Made by a program: the position numbers and the translations under genes. The notes under the pieces were generated by a model, which made no database searches, was not told where the DNA came from, and was given only the letters and a program-made list of their open reading frames with translations. From the sequence record SRR22947725_182: a stretch of DNA of 40,024 nt, one strand, 5' to 3'. This document shows, one piece after another, positions 18,962 to 28,814 of the stretch (the stretch's first letter is position 1; every line of letters begins with the position of its first letter).

Positions 18962-19386
18962 CCTACAGCCACCTCGTTGTCGAGGCCGACGGCGCTTCTC
19001 GGGGCAACCCGGGTCCTGCTGCCGGCGGCGCGGTAGTGCTTGATCCGGGTTCGGGGGAGACCCTCGTCACTGTGGGAAAACTCTGCGGGGTGGCCTCGAA
19101 CAACGTCGCTGAGTATCGCGGAATGATCGAGGGCATCAGGGCCGCCTGGGGCATTTCACCCGGTGCGAAACTGACCGTCTTCATGGATTCGAAGTTGGTC
19201 GTGGAACAGATGTCGAGGCGCTGGAAGATCAAGCACCCCGACATGCAAACCCTCGCCCAAGAAGCAAGGGAGCTGATTGCTGGGGGCACGGTCACCTTTG
19301 AATGGGTTCCTCGAGAGAAGAATGCCCGGGCCGATGCTGCAGGAAACAAAGCCCTCGATGGCGGGGTCTCTTTCCTCGAGCCCTAG
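18958..19386 (+). CDS. Ribonuclease HI family protein (stand-alone)
   Basis: EADGASRGNPG, NNVAEY, DSKLVVEQ, WVPREKN..AD; GTG overlaps upstream TGA. Confidence 0.92.
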   Translation: MTYSHLVVEADGASRGNPGPAAGGAVVLDPGSGETLVTVGKLCGVASNNVAEYRGMIEGIRAAWGISPGAKLTVFMDSKLVVEQMSRRWKIKHPDMQTLAQEARELIAGGTVTFEWVPREKNARADAAGNKALDGGVSFLEP

Positions 19387-19420
19387 CCAGGGATGCTCTC
19401 CTGCTCTAGCCTGAAGAAGT

Positions 19421-19784
19421 TGGAAAGGGTTGGCCAGGCGATCGCGTCGCTACTTCGGTAGTGCCGAGGAACGTCCGGGCTCCTCAGAGCAGGATGGTGG
19501 GTAACGCCCACCCGGAGTAATCCGCGAGATAGTGCCACAGAAAACAGACCGCCCGGTTTTCCGGGTAAGGGTGAAACGGTGGTGTAAGAGACCACCAGGG
19601 GTTTAGGTGACTAAGCCTGCTAGGTAAACCTCATCCGGAGCAAGGTCAAACAGACACCCATCAGGTTGCTCGCCTGAGTGTCGGGTAGGCCGCTAGAGAG
19701 AACTGGCAACAGTTATCCGAGACAGATGATCGTCACCGAAGTTCGCTTCGGGACAGAACCCGGCGTATCGGCTGACCCTCTCCA
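19421..19784 (+). ncRNA. rnpB: RNase P RNA, class A
   Basis: P1 pairing TGGAAAGGGTTGGCC/GGCTGACCCTCTCCA, GAGGAACGTCCGGGCTC, AGTGCCACAGAAA, GGGTGAAACGGTGGTGTAAGAGACCACC, ACAGAACCCGGCGTA; ends approximate. Confidence 0.96.
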
Positions 19785-19787
19785 ACA

Positions 19788-20423
19788 CTATGAAACGCTG
19801 CGAAGCACCGTCACTACTTTGCCCATCACCGTGGCGTGGTCGCCCAGGATGGGTTCGTAGGCGCTGTTCTGGGGCAGGAGCCACGTGTGTCCATCGCGCT
19901 GTTTGAAAACCTTGACGGTGGCTTCTTCATCCAGCATCGCGGCAACGATGTCGCCGTTGTCGGCGGTCTGTTGCTGGCGAACAACGACCCAGTCGCCATC
20001 ACAGATGGCCGCATCAATCATCGAGTCTCCCACTACTTTGAGCATGAAAAGCTCTCCGTTACCGACTAACTGCCGGGGGAGAGACATGATGTCCTCGACG
20101 TGCTGTTCCGCTGTAATCGGAATACCGGCGGCAATGCGACCGACGAGGGGAACCTGGACTGCATTGGAATCTTCCGGAACCAGCTGACTCACGCGGGCTG
20201 TCGCCTCCGGGGTGACGCGCTTGAGGATCTCCAGTGTCCGCGCCGTGTTGGCATGACGCTTGATATATCCGGCGCGCTCGAGCTGGCTGAGTTGGTGGGA
20301 CACGCTCGAGGTGGACGAGAGTCCGGTGCCCTCGCAGATCTCTCTCATGCTCGGTGGCACGCCCCGGGAGTCCAGAGACAACTCGATGAAAGCCTGAATT
20401 TTGTGCTGCTGTTCGCTCAACAT
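19788..20423 (-). CDS. lexA: SOS repressor LexA
   Basis: PPSMREI wHTH, GRIAAG cleavage site, GDSM Ser, ATVK Lys; start ATG 20423 or TTG 20420. Confidence 0.96.
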   Translation of the reverse strand: MLSEQQHKIQAFIELSLDSRGVPPSMREICEGTGLSSTSSVSHQLSQLERAGYIKRHANTARTLEILKRVTPEATARVSQLVPEDSNAVQVPLVGRIAAGIPITAEQHVEDIMSLPRQLVGNGELFMLKVVGDSMIDAAICDGDWVVVRQQQTADNGDIVAAMLDEEATVKVFKQRDGHTWLLPQNSAYEPILGDHATVMGKVVTVLRSVS

Positions 20424-20442
20424 CCCTCCACCGTAGCGGGTT

Positions 20443-20458
20443 TCGAACAATTTTTCTA
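20443..20458. promoter_or_regulatory. Putative SOS box upstream of lexA
   Basis: TCGAAC-AATT-TTTCTA vs actinobacterial consensus TCGAAC-N4-GTTCGA. Confidence 0.7.
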
Positions 20459-20523
20459 TACATCCGTTCGAACATATTCCGGGCGTGTCAGTGGTGACCG
20501 CTTAACTGGGGTGTGTCGGGTGC

Positions 20524-20555
20524 TTGACAAGTCACGCATTCGAACATATATTCGA
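20524..20555 (+). promoter_or_regulatory. SigA-type promoter of the LysM gene with overlapping SOS box
   Basis: TTGACA (20524-29), 17 nt, TATATT (20547-52); TCGAACATATATTCGA (20540-55) overlaps the -10. Confidence 0.85.
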
Positions 20556-20621
20556 AACAGAGATTCGGACCTGGCCCTCCCGGCCGAGGGTTGGGTCCGA
20601 ACTCTCAACCAAGGAGGAACC

Positions 20622-20921
20622 ATGACCACCACTTCACTTCGCATCACCCGACGCGGACGCGTCGTGCTCGGACTTGCTCTTGCCCTGCCTGTGATGGCCC
20701 TCTCCGTCTTCCTCGCCTCTTCGGGCGCGCTGGCCGAAAGCCACGCAGCCAGTAATGATTTTGAATACATGACGGTGCTCTCCGGTGACACCCTGTGGAG
20801 CATCGCGACGATGATTTCTCCTCATGAAGATCCCCGCGACGTGGTCGCCAAGATTATTTCTCTTAACCAGCTCGAGACCGCGTCCTTGATGCCCGGACAG
20901 GACATCGCGCTCCCTCGCTAA
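20622..20921 (+). CDS. LysM-domain membrane protein, SOS cell-division inhibitor-like (ChiZ/DivS/YneA type)
   Basis: LRITRRGR, one TM, V.SGDTLWSIA..N.L..L.PGQ LysM; AAGGAGG SD; divergent from lexA. Confidence 0.9.
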   Translation: MTTTSLRITRRGRVVLGLALALPVMALSVFLASSGALAESHAASNDFEYMTVLSGDTLWSIATMISPHEDPRDVVAKIISLNQLETASLMPGQDIALPR

Positions 20922-20945
20922 GTCGCCACCGGTTACGATGGCGGA

Positions 20946-22037
20946 ATGGCTGGACTGACTGATTTACCTCTGAGAGATGACCTCCGGGGTAAAGAGCCTT
21001 ATGGCGCCCCGATGGATCAGGTGACGTATGCGCTGAATGTCAACGAGAATACTCACCCCGTCCCACCAGAGGTGCGGCAGGCGATTCTCTCCCATATTTC
21101 CCGCGCGCTGGAGACGATTAACCGCTACCCCGATAGAGAATTCACCGCACTGCGGGAGGCCTTGGCCAGCTACGCGACCAGGAGTCACCGCCAGGGCACC
21201 CTCGATGCCTCGATGGTGTGGGCCGCAAACGGGTCCAATGAAGTCATCCAGCAAGTGCTGCAAGCCTTTGGCGGACAGGGCCGTTCCGTCTTGGGCTTTC
21301 CGCCGAGCTATTCCATGCACCCGATCATTGCTGAATCGACCGGGACGACCTGGAGCGTGGGGAGTCGAGAGCAAGACTTTTCCTTGACCCCCGCGGGCGT
21401 GGAAAGCGCGATTCGGCTGACGAGGCCCGACGTCGTGTTCCTGTGTGCCCCCAACAACCCCACCGGCACACCGGTGTCACTGGAGACCATTGAAGCCGCG
21501 TATGACGCCACCGAGGGCATTGTTCTGGTCGATGAGGCCTATGTCGAATTTCACTCGGAAGGCTCGCTCACCGCCTCGGAGCTTTTGCCCGGGCGAGAAA
21601 GGCTGCTGGTCTCTCGCACCATGTCAAAAGCGTTTGCGTTTGCCGGAGCCCGAGTCGGATATCTCCTCGCCGACCCCGCGGTTATTGATGCCCTTCGTCT
21701 TGTTCGGCTGCCGTATCACCTCTCGGGAATTACCCAGGCGGCCGCTTTGGGAGCGCTGGAAAACGCGGAGGTGATGCTGGGAATGGTGGATGACATCAGG
21801 CAGCAGCGTGATCGCCTTCTTCAAGAATTGCCAGGGCTTGGCTATACGGTGTGTGAATCCCAAGCAAACTTCGTGCTTTTTGGGGGAGTGGAAAACCCGA
21901 AGGCCCTCTTTGAACAACTGCTGGGCCACGACATTTTGATCCGAGATGTGGGAATCCCCCACCACCTTCGTGTGACGGCGGGAACCGAAGCAGAGACCAG
22001 TTACTTTTTGGAGACGCTCGCTACACTGGCACGGTGA
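20946..22037 (+). CDS. hisC: Histidinol-phosphate aminotransferase
   Basis: [37 protein letters not shown]. Confidence 0.96.
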   Translation: MAGLTDLPLRDDLRGKEPYGAPMDQVTYALNVNENTHPVPPEVRQAILSHISRALETINRYPDREFTALREALASYATRSHRQGTLDASMVWAANGSNEVIQQVLQAFGGQGRSVLGFPPSYSMHPIIAESTGTTWSVGSREQDFSLTPAGVESAIRLTRPDVVFLCAPNNPTGTPVSLETIEAAYDATEGIVLVDEAYVEFHSEGSLTASELLPGRERLLVSRTMSKAFAFAGARVGYLLADPAVIDALRLVRLPYHLSGITQAAALGALENAEVMLGMVDDIRQQRDRLLQELPGLGYTVCESQANFVLFGGVENPKALFEQLLGHDILIRDVGIPHHLRVTAGTEAETSYFLETLATLAR

Positions 22038-22642
22038 ACACGTCCCCACGAACCGCGCTCATCGAGCGTGCCACTTCAGAGTCCAGTGTTCGCGTCTCGC
22101 TCAATCTTGACGGCACCGGGAAGTCGACGATTTCGACGACGGTGCCGTTTTTTGACCACATGTTGACGGCTTTGTCGAAGCACTCCCTGATCGATTTAGA
22201 AGTTTCTTCCCATGGCGACACTGAAATCGATGTCCACCACACGGTGGAAGACACCGCCATCGTCCTGGGTCAGGCCTTACGAGAAGCCCTGGGAGACAAG
22301 TCAGGAATTGGTCGTTACGGGGATGCCCTGGTGCCTCTTGATGATGCGCTTGCGCGCGCCGTTGTTGATGTCTCTGGCAGACCTTATTTAGTTCACACCG
22401 GCGAACCGGAGGGTTTTGAATACCACGCCATTGGGGGGCATTTCACCGGTTCACTGGTGAGACACGTGTTTGAAGCCATCACCATGCACGCCCACCTCAC
22501 CGTTCACATCACCGTGCTCGATGGCAGAGATCCCCACCACATTGCAGAAGCAGAGTTCAAAGCTTTTGCCCGGGCGCTCCGCTTGGCCGTGGCTCGGGAC
22601 AATCGTGTGTCAGGAATTCCCTCCACAAAGGGTGCTCTTTAG
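22034..22642 (+). CDS. hisB: Imidazoleglycerol-phosphate dehydratase
   Basis: DVHHTVED and DPHHIAEA motifs, IPSTKG. Confidence 0.97.
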   Translation: MNTSPRTALIERATSESSVRVSLNLDGTGKSTISTTVPFFDHMLTALSKHSLIDLEVSSHGDTEIDVHHTVEDTAIVLGQALREALGDKSGIGRYGDALVPLDDALARAVVDVSGRPYLVHTGEPEGFEYHAIGGHFTGSLVRHVFEAITMHAHLTVHITVLDGRDPHHIAEAEFKAFARALRLAVARDNRVSGIPSTKGAL

Positions 22643-22644
22643 TC

Positions 22645-23283
22645 GTGTCCCCTCGTGTGGTGGTCTTTGACTACGGTTCGGGCAACGTTCATTCCGCTCT
22701 GAAGGCGCTGGAGGCTGCGGGTGCCGAGGTGACATTAACCAATGATGCGACCGTGGCCCGAGAGGCTGAAGGCCTCGTAGTGCCGGGGGTGGGGGCCTTC
22801 GCCACCGTGATGTCGGCGTTGAAAGCGGTGGGTGGTGATTCGTTGATCGAAAAGCGGCTGGCGGGCTCCCGTCCGGTCTTAGGAATTTGTGTGGGACTCC
22901 AGGTGATGTGTGAGGGTGGAGTCGAACACGGTGTGAGCACCGAAGGCCTCGGCCAATGGCCAGGAATAGTGGAAAAGTTGGCGGCCGCTATTTTGCCTCA
23001 CATGGGATGGAATACGGTGACACCACCTCAAGGCAGCTCCCTGTTTCGCGGGGTGGAAGACGAGCGGTTTTATTTCGTACATTCCTACGCACTCAAGAGC
23101 TGGAGCATGGAACCCTCCGGGACGCTCCCCCCGCCATCGGTGACCTGGTCTCACCACGGTCAAGACTTTGTGGCAGCGGTAGAAAATGGACCGCTGAGCG
23201 CCACCCAATTCCACCCCGAAAAATCCGGCCCCGCTGGCATCCACTTGTTGCGCAACTGGGTGACATCGCTCGCGGGTGCCTGA
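22645..23283 (+). CDS. hisH: Imidazole glycerol phosphate synthase, glutaminase subunit
   Basis: DYGSGN, PGVG, GICVGLQ, YFVHSY, QFHPEKS. Confidence 0.96.
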   Translation: MSPRVVVFDYGSGNVHSALKALEAAGAEVTLTNDATVAREAEGLVVPGVGAFATVMSALKAVGGDSLIEKRLAGSRPVLGICVGLQVMCEGGVEHGVSTEGLGQWPGIVEKLAAAILPHMGWNTVTPPQGSSLFRGVEDERFYFVHSYALKSWSMEPSGTLPPPSVTWSHHGQDFVAAVENGPLSATQFHPEKSGPAGIHLLRNWVTSLAGA

Positions 23284-23377
23284 CATGGACCGGTCGAGTC
23301 AATGGGAGTAGAGTCGGGTGCTTGCGCGTGGAACACCACATCGGCCCGGACTGACAGTTAGATAGCCTCCCCCCACT

Positions 23378-24127
23378 ATGAACGAGTTCTCTCAATCCCC
23401 CTCTTTAGTCCTGCTCCCTGCGGTTGATGTCTCCGGTGGGAAAGCTGTCCGTCTGACCCAGGGGGAGGCTGGGACCGAAACGTCTTACGGTGATCCGGTG
23501 GAGGCGGCTGAAGAGTGGATGCGCCAGGGGGCGCAGTGGCTCCACCTCGTAGATCTTGACGCTGCCTTTGGGCGCGGCAATAACAAAGCCGTCATCAGAC
23601 GAGTGGTGAGAGCCGTGGGCAAACGCGTCAACGTGGAGCTCTCTGGTGGCATCCGCGACGACCAGTCGCTGAAAGATGCGCTCTCCACGGGAGCCGTCCG
23701 AGTTAACTTGGGCACGGCTGCTTTGGAAAACCCTGAGTGGACCGCTCACGTGATTTCTGAATATGGCGAGGCGGTTGCCGTGGGACTTGATGTGCGCGGT
23801 GAGACACTGGCTGCACGAGGCTGGACCCAAGAGGGCGGCAACCTTTTCCACATTCTGGAGCGCCTCAACAAGTGCGGGTGTGCACGATATGTCGTCACGG
23901 ATGTCACCAAGGATGGAACGATGAAGGGTCCTAACACGGACCTTCTTCGGCAAGTATTGGCAGCAACAGACCACCCGGTAGTGGCCTCAGGGGGTATCGC
24001 TTCGTTGGACGATATTGCCGAGCTCCGGGAACTCGTTCCTCTCGGACTCGAGGGCGCGATCCTTGGCAAAGCTCTCTACGCGGGAGCCTTCAACCTCGTC
24101 GAGGCGTTGGATGTCGCCGGGCACTGA
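23378..24127 (+). CDS. priA: Bifunctional phosphoribosyl isomerase PriA (HisA/TrpF)
   Basis: PAVD, HLVDLD, ELSGGIR, AARGW (PriA-type Ser and Arg/Trp), SGGI. Confidence 0.93.
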   Translation: MNEFSQSPSLVLLPAVDVSGGKAVRLTQGEAGTETSYGDPVEAAEEWMRQGAQWLHLVDLDAAFGRGNNKAVIRRVVRAVGKRVNVELSGGIRDDQSLKDALSTGAVRVNLGTAALENPEWTAHVISEYGEAVAVGLDVRGETLAARGWTQEGGNLFHILERLNKCGCARYVVTDVTKDGTMKGPNTDLLRQVLAATDHPVVASGGIASLDDIAELRELVPLGLEGAILGKALYAGAFNLVEALDVAGH

Positions 24128-24896
24128 TTCTGCCGGGCAGCCTTTTGAAGGCAGGGCTTTCACGCCAAATCCCCATGCGGGCGACGCCGGAGAGTGCGAT
24201 CCTGCTTTAGCCCTCGCGCTGGAGCACCTTTTTCATCCTGACACCTCGGGGCCTGCGGCGGCTACACAGCGTCCCATCGCGGAACTTGTTGACGCGTTAC
24301 GAGGAGCGAGAGTGCTGGCACCCCTCATGGCACACGCAGGTGGTTGGGACACCACCGAAGAAGGTGCGCTGCAGGAGAAAAGTCAAGAACTCTCCATTCT
24401 TCACCTCGAGGGCCCTGATGGGCGCGCGGTGTCCCCTATTTTTAGCGATGTTGCCTCGATGATTCAGTGGAACACCGCCGCCAGGCCCATTCCTGTTTCG
24501 GCGCAACAAGCAGCACTTGCTGCAGCCAGCGATGGGCTCGGGCTTCTCGTGCTCAACCCGGGCACGCCACGGTCTCTGACGCTTCGGCGAGGGGCCATTA
24601 GAGCCCTCGCCACGGGGGATGCTTATGTTCCAGCCTGTGTTGACCAACAGGTAGTGGCTGCTCTGCACGATGCCGTGGCGAAGGAATCTGAGTGGGTCGA
24701 GATTGCTTTGGTCACCACGGGTGACCCTGGTTTTGTGCTCGCGGGACCCGAAGTGTTGGTGATGCTCGCGGTCACGCCGGGGCTTGACGCCACAGAGCTA
24801 CACCATCGCCTGGCTCGCCTGAGCATGGAGTGGGGCAAAAGTCCGGTTCTCGCCGACCGTGTCGATGGGATCGGCGTGAAGGTCGTTGCTGCTTAG
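24111..24896 (+). CDS. SseB family protein
   Basis: [15 protein letters not shown] start, GPDGR..P.F, W...ARP.PV motifs; ATG 24111 overlaps priA end. Confidence 0.85.
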   Translation: MSPGTDSAGQPFEGRAFTPNPHAGDAGECDPALALALEHLFHPDTSGPAAATQRPIAELVDALRGARVLAPLMAHAGGWDTTEEGALQEKSQELSILHLEGPDGRAVSPIFSDVASMIQWNTAARPIPVSAQQAALAAASDGLGLLVLNPGTPRSLTLRRGAIRALATGDAYVPACVDQQVVAALHDAVAKESEWVEIALVTTGDPGFVLAGPEVLVMLAVTPGLDATELHHRLARLSMEWGKSPVLADRVDGIGVKVVAA

Positions 24897-25231
24897 TTGA
24901 CCGCTCCGGTGTATTTTTCGCCCGGTCCGGCTCCGGGAGCATCAGGGTAGGTGGATGCCTCGCGGAAGGCGAGTTGAACGGATCGCAAGCCATCCCTCAA
25001 ACTCCTGGCGTGATGATCTCCGATTTCCGGCGCTGAGGCGACGACGAGACCAGCAAGAGCAGAAATGAGCTTGCGAGCCTCGGCAAGGTCCGTTTCTTCC
25101 TCGGGATTATCCGATAGGCCACACTTGACGGCAGCGGCGGAGAGGAGGTGGACCGCAACCGTGGTGATGACTTCCACAGCGGGCACTTCGCCAATATCCC
25201 GACCGAGGTCTTCCAGGGACTCGTTGTTCAC
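24893..25231 (-). CDS. DUF1844 domain-containing protein
   Basis: RDI.EVPAVEVI, DLAEARKLI, LRDGLRS.QLAFREAS, PG.GPGEKYTG; divergent from infC; start estimated at GTG 25231. Confidence 0.85.
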   Translation of the reverse strand: MNNESLEDLGRDIGEVPAVEVITTVAVHLLSAAAVKCGLSDNPEEETDLAEARKLISALAGLVVASAPEIGDHHARSLRDGLRSVQLAFREASTYPDAPGAGPGEKYTGAVN

Positions 25232-25473
25232 CGTTATCTCATTTCGCTCGCCAGATGGGTCAAACACTGCTACTCTTAGCCGTTCGCTACTCCTAGAGTA
25301 GGGAACAAGCGAAAGTGGAGAAACCTCCCACCCGCGTGTGCCTGGGAGACCAAGGCTACTGGGTCGTTGTACTCCGTGAATCACGATTCACAGCGTTAAG
25401 GGTGCGGCACAGTTTTCTGTGGGATGTAATTCTGCTTTCGCGCACTGAGTCCGTGAAACAGAAGGAGATCCGC

Positions 25474-26238
25474 ATCAGCGATCCGAGGATTAACGACCGC
25501 ATTCGTGCCACCGAGGTTCGCCTCGTGGGGCCCGAAGGGGAACAGGTCGGAGTGGTCCGCGTAGACATTGCTCTGCGCTTAGCTCAAGAAGCTGACCTTG
25601 ATTTGGTGGAAGTTTCCCCCAATTCGAACCCACCCGTAGTCAAAGTTATGGACTACGGCAAGTACAAGTACGAGGCAGCGCAAAAAGCTAAAGAAGCTCG
25701 AAAGAACCAGGCAAACACGATTCTCAAAGAGGTTCGTTTTCGTCTGAAAATCGACACCCACGACTACGAAACCAAGCGCAAGCGCGCGGAAACGTTCCTC
25801 AAAGCCGGCGACAAAGTCAAAGCCATGATTTTGTTCCGCGGTCGCGAACAGTCCAGACCTGAACAGGGTGTGCGCTTGTTGCAGAGATTCGCCGAAGACG
25901 TCTCAGAGTTCGGGGTCGTGGAATTTACCCCAACCATTGATGGTCGCAACATGGTGATGGTCATCGGGCCGATGAAATCCAAAGCAGATGCAAAGGCGGC
26001 ACAGGCAAAAGAAAAAGCACGAAGCCAGGCCTCCGCAAAAGCAGTCGAGCCCGTCGCCAAAGAAGCACCCCCTGTCGCCGAAAAAGCCCCCGCTACCGAA
26101 AAGCCACCCGCGAAAGCCGCAGTGAAAAAAGCAGCTCCGGCAGCCCAGAAGAAACCGGCAGTAAAGAAACCGGCCGCCACAGCAGCCAAGAAACCGGCCG
26201 CCAAGGCCAAAGAAAAGAAGGAAGAGACAGATGCCTAA
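25474..26238 (+). CDS. infC: Translation initiation factor IF-3 (probable ATC start; Lys/Ala/Pro-rich tail)
   Basis: [35 protein letters not shown] 6 nt before in-frame ATC 25474. Confidence 0.95.
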   Translation: MSDPRINDRIRATEVRLVGPEGEQVGVVRVDIALRLAQEADLDLVEVSPNSNPPVVKVMDYGKYKYEAAQKAKEARKNQANTILKEVRFRLKIDTHDYETKRKRAETFLKAGDKVKAMILFRGREQSRPEQGVRLLQRFAEDVSEFGVVEFTPTIDGRNMVMVIGPMKSKADAKAAQAKEKARSQASAKAVEPVAKEAPPVAEKAPATEKPPAKAAVKKAAPAAQKKPAVKKPAATAAKKPAAKAKEKKEETDA

Positions 26239-26425
26239 GCAGAAGAGCCATTCCGGCGCCAAGAAGCGCTTCAAGGTAACCGGATCCGGAAAAATCATGA
26301 AACAGGGTGCAGGAATGCGCCACAACCTCGAAAAGAAGTCCAGCCGAGTGACTCGTCGCCTCAACCAAGAGCAGGTTCTTGCGCCGGCAAACGCCAAAGT
26401 CATCAAGAAATTGCTCGCCAAGTAG
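26231..26425 (+). CDS. rpmI: 50S ribosomal protein L35
   Basis: [21 protein letters not shown]. Confidence 0.97.
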   Translation: MPKQKSHSGAKKRFKVTGSGKIMKQGAGMRHNLEKKSSRVTRRLNQEQVLAPANAKVIKKLLAK

Positions 26426-26452
26426 ACCTGAACGAAACGAAGGACAAAGATC

Positions 26453-26839
26453 ATGGCACGTGTAAAGAATGCGGTTAACGCACACAAAAAGCGTCGGGTT
26501 ATCCTCGAACGCGCTTCGGGCTACCGCGGGCAGCGCTCGCGTTTGTACCGGAAGGCAAAAGAGCAGGTTATTCACTCGCTCGTCTACAGCTACCGGGATC
26601 GCCGCCAGCGCAAGGGAGACTTCCGTCGCCTCTGGATTCAGCGCATCAACGCCGGCTCACGCGCGCACGGCCTGACTTACAACCGCTTTATCCAGGGCCT
26701 TGGCCTTGCCGGTATTGAAGTTGACCGCCGGATGCTCGCTGAGCTCGCGGTGAACGAACCCACCGCCTTCGCCACCTTGGTGGCCGAAGCAAAGAAGGCT
26801 CTACCCAAGGACACCTCTGCTCCTGCAGTAAAGTCCTAG
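26453..26839 (+). CDS. rplT: 50S ribosomal protein L20
   Basis: [24 protein letters not shown]. Confidence 0.97.
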   Translation: MARVKNAVNAHKKRRVILERASGYRGQRSRLYRKAKEQVIHSLVYSYRDRRQRKGDFRRLWIQRINAGSRAHGLTYNRFIQGLGLAGIEVDRRMLAELAVNEPTAFATLVAEAKKALPKDTSAPAVKS

Positions 26840-26845
26840 GACCTC

Positions 26846-26883
26846 AAAACACCCCCAGCGCCTGGCGTTGGGGGTGTTTTTTT
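26846..26883 (+). terminator. Intrinsic terminator of infC-rpmI-rplT
   Basis: AAAACACCCCCAGCGCC..GGCGTTGGGGGTGTTTTTTT hairpin with T tract. Confidence 0.9.
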
Positions 26884-26930
26884 GTGTGAGTCGTGAAGGA
26901 TTCCCCGCCGTGGACCCCTAGATTTGTCAT

Positions 26931-27731
26931 GTGTTGGATAACCCCCGCTCACCCCGTGTTCGCGTCGTATCGAAGCTTTCCCAAAAATCCCAGCGTCAAG
27001 CGGCACAGCTCTTCCTCGTGGAAGGACCGCAAGCCACCAGGGAAGCCTTGAAGCATCGCCCTGAGTCGGTGGTGGATCTCTTCCTGACACCTGCGAGCGC
27101 CGAGCGAAACGCTGATCTTGTGACTCTGGCCGAGGGCGCAGGCATAGACATCACACGTGCGAGCGAAGAAGTGGTGGCGGCGATCTCTGACACGGTCACG
27201 CCTCAAGGGGTGGTGTGTGTGTCGGAGTTTGTGAATACCTCTTTGGCTTCCGTGCTGGGCTCAAACCCCCGCAATGTTGCGGTACTTCACCGGGTTAAAG
27301 ATCCAGGAAATGTTGGGAACATCATCCGCAGTGCGGATGCAGCGGGGGCCAGTGCCGTCATTTTGACCGCAGAGAGCGTGGACCCCTTCAACCCGAAAGT
27401 GGTGCGTGCAACCACCGGAAGCGTGTTCCATATCCCGATAGTTTCCGGGGTCGAGCTGGCGGAGGTCGTGTCCGGGCTCACAGCGGCAGGGGTTACTGTG
27501 TGCGCGACCGAGGCTCAGGGCGACAGCATTTTCGAGCTTGCTCAATCCGACGGCCTCGCCGCGCCCATTGCTTGGGTTTTTGGAAACGAAGCCCATGGCT
27601 TGAGCGAGGAGGACGCGGCCCTGGCAGACAAACGGATAGCCGTACCCATCTTTGGCCAGGCGGAGTCCCTGAGTCTGCAAACCGCCGCAGCACTCTGTTT
27701 GTATCAGACCGCTTTTGCCCAGCACGGCTAA
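26931..27731 (+). CDS. TrmH/SpoU family RNA methyltransferase
   Basis: DPGNVGNIIRSADAAG, FGNEAHGL, AESL motifs. Confidence 0.93.
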   Translation: MLDNPRSPRVRVVSKLSQKSQRQAAQLFLVEGPQATREALKHRPESVVDLFLTPASAERNADLVTLAEGAGIDITRASEEVVAAISDTVTPQGVVCVSEFVNTSLASVLGSNPRNVAVLHRVKDPGNVGNIIRSADAAGASAVILTAESVDPFNPKVVRATTGSVFHIPIVSGVELAEVVSGLTAAGVTVCATEAQGDSIFELAQSDGLAAPIAWVFGNEAHGLSEEDAALADKRIAVPIFGQAESLSLQTAAALCLYQTAFAQHG

Positions 27732-27773
27732 CAACGCAGGTGGCATTCATCCTCCCCGGTAGACTTGGCGCTC

Positions 27774-28814
27774 GTGTCAGCCAATAAAGCTATTTCGCCA
27801 GAAAACGCCGCCGCCGCCGTTGCGGCAGCCGCGGCGGCCTTCGCCCAAGCCACCACCGTGGAAGAGCTCCAGGCGGCAAAAACTGCTCACGTGGGGGACG
27901 CTTCGGCGCTGGCTCAGATGAACGTACTTCTGCGCGATCTGCCGGCAAGCGAAAAAGCGGCGGCCGGAAAACTGATGGGCGAATCGAGAGCGACGGTGGG
28001 GCAAGCGCTCGAGGCGAGAGAGGGTGAGCTGGTCGCGGCGCGAGAGCGTGAACTGCTGGCTGCAGAGGCCCTGGATCTGACAGGGGTCGGAATTCGCAGG
28101 GCTCCCGGAGCGAGGCATCCCCTCAGCGTCTTGATGGAAGACATGGCTGATGTGTTTGTGGCGATGGGGTGGGAAATTGCCGAAGGGCCCGAGCTCGAGC
28201 ATGAATGGTTCAATTTCGACGCACTCAACTTCGATGCCGACCATCCCGCGCGAGCCTTGCAAGACACTTTTTTTGTGGAACCCGTGGAATCACACCTGTT
28301 GTTGCGAACCCACACCTCACCGGTGCAAATTAGGTCGCTGCTGAGCCGCGAACTTCCTGTCTATGTCGTGGCGCCAGGTCGCGTCTACCGAACCGATGAA
28401 CTCGATGCCACCCATACGCCTGTGTTCCACCAAATTGAAGGCATCGCCATCGATAAAGGCCTCACCATGGCGCACCTGCGGGGGACCTTGGAGCACTTGG
28501 CGCGATCCATGTTTGGCGACGAAGCAAAAATTCGTTTGCGCGCGAACTATTTCCCTTTCACCGAGCCCAGTGCCGAGCTCGATATTTGGCACCCCACTTT
28601 TGTGGGCGGAGCGCGCTGGATCGAGTGGGGCGGCTGTGGCATGGTCAACCCCAATGTGTTGCGGGCGGCGGGGATCGATCCCGCGGTGTATCAAGGGTTT
28701 GCTTTTGGTATGGGCATTGAGCGCACACTGATGTTCCGCAACAACGTTCAAGACATGCGAGACATGGTCGAGGGCGATGTTCGGTTCTCCGGACAGTTCG
28801 GGATGGTGGTGTGA
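27774..28814 (+). CDS. pheS: Phenylalanine-tRNA ligase alpha subunit
   Basis: [34 protein letters not shown]; start estimated at GTG 27774. Confidence 0.96.
   Translation: MSANKAISPENAAAAVAAAAAAFAQATTVEELQAAKTAHVGDASALAQMNVLLRDLPASEKAAAGKLMGESRATVGQALEAREGELVAARERELLAAEALDLTGVGIRRAPGARHPLSVLMEDMADVFVAMGWEIAEGPELEHEWFNFDALNFDADHPARALQDTFFVEPVESHLLLRTHTSPVQIRSLLSRELPVYVVAPGRVYRTDELDATHTPVFHQIEGIAIDKGLTMAHLRGTLEHLARSMFGDEAKIRLRANYFPFTEPSAELDIWHPTFVGGARWIEWGGCGMVNPNVLRAAGIDPAVYQGFAFGMGIERTLMFRNNVQDMRDMVEGDVRFSGQFGMVV

Noticed and set aside
19383-19884. Short ORFs overlapping 19.4-19.8 kb
   Set aside because: Explained by the RNase P RNA gene and the lexA 3' end
20100-20621. 273-aa long form of the LysM ORF
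   Set aside because: Overlaps lexA antisense and the promoter; strong SD supports ATG 20622
20946-24127. Absence of hisD, hisF, hisI, hisG from the his cluster
   Set aside because: Split his clusters are usual in this group; cannot be called a loss from one window
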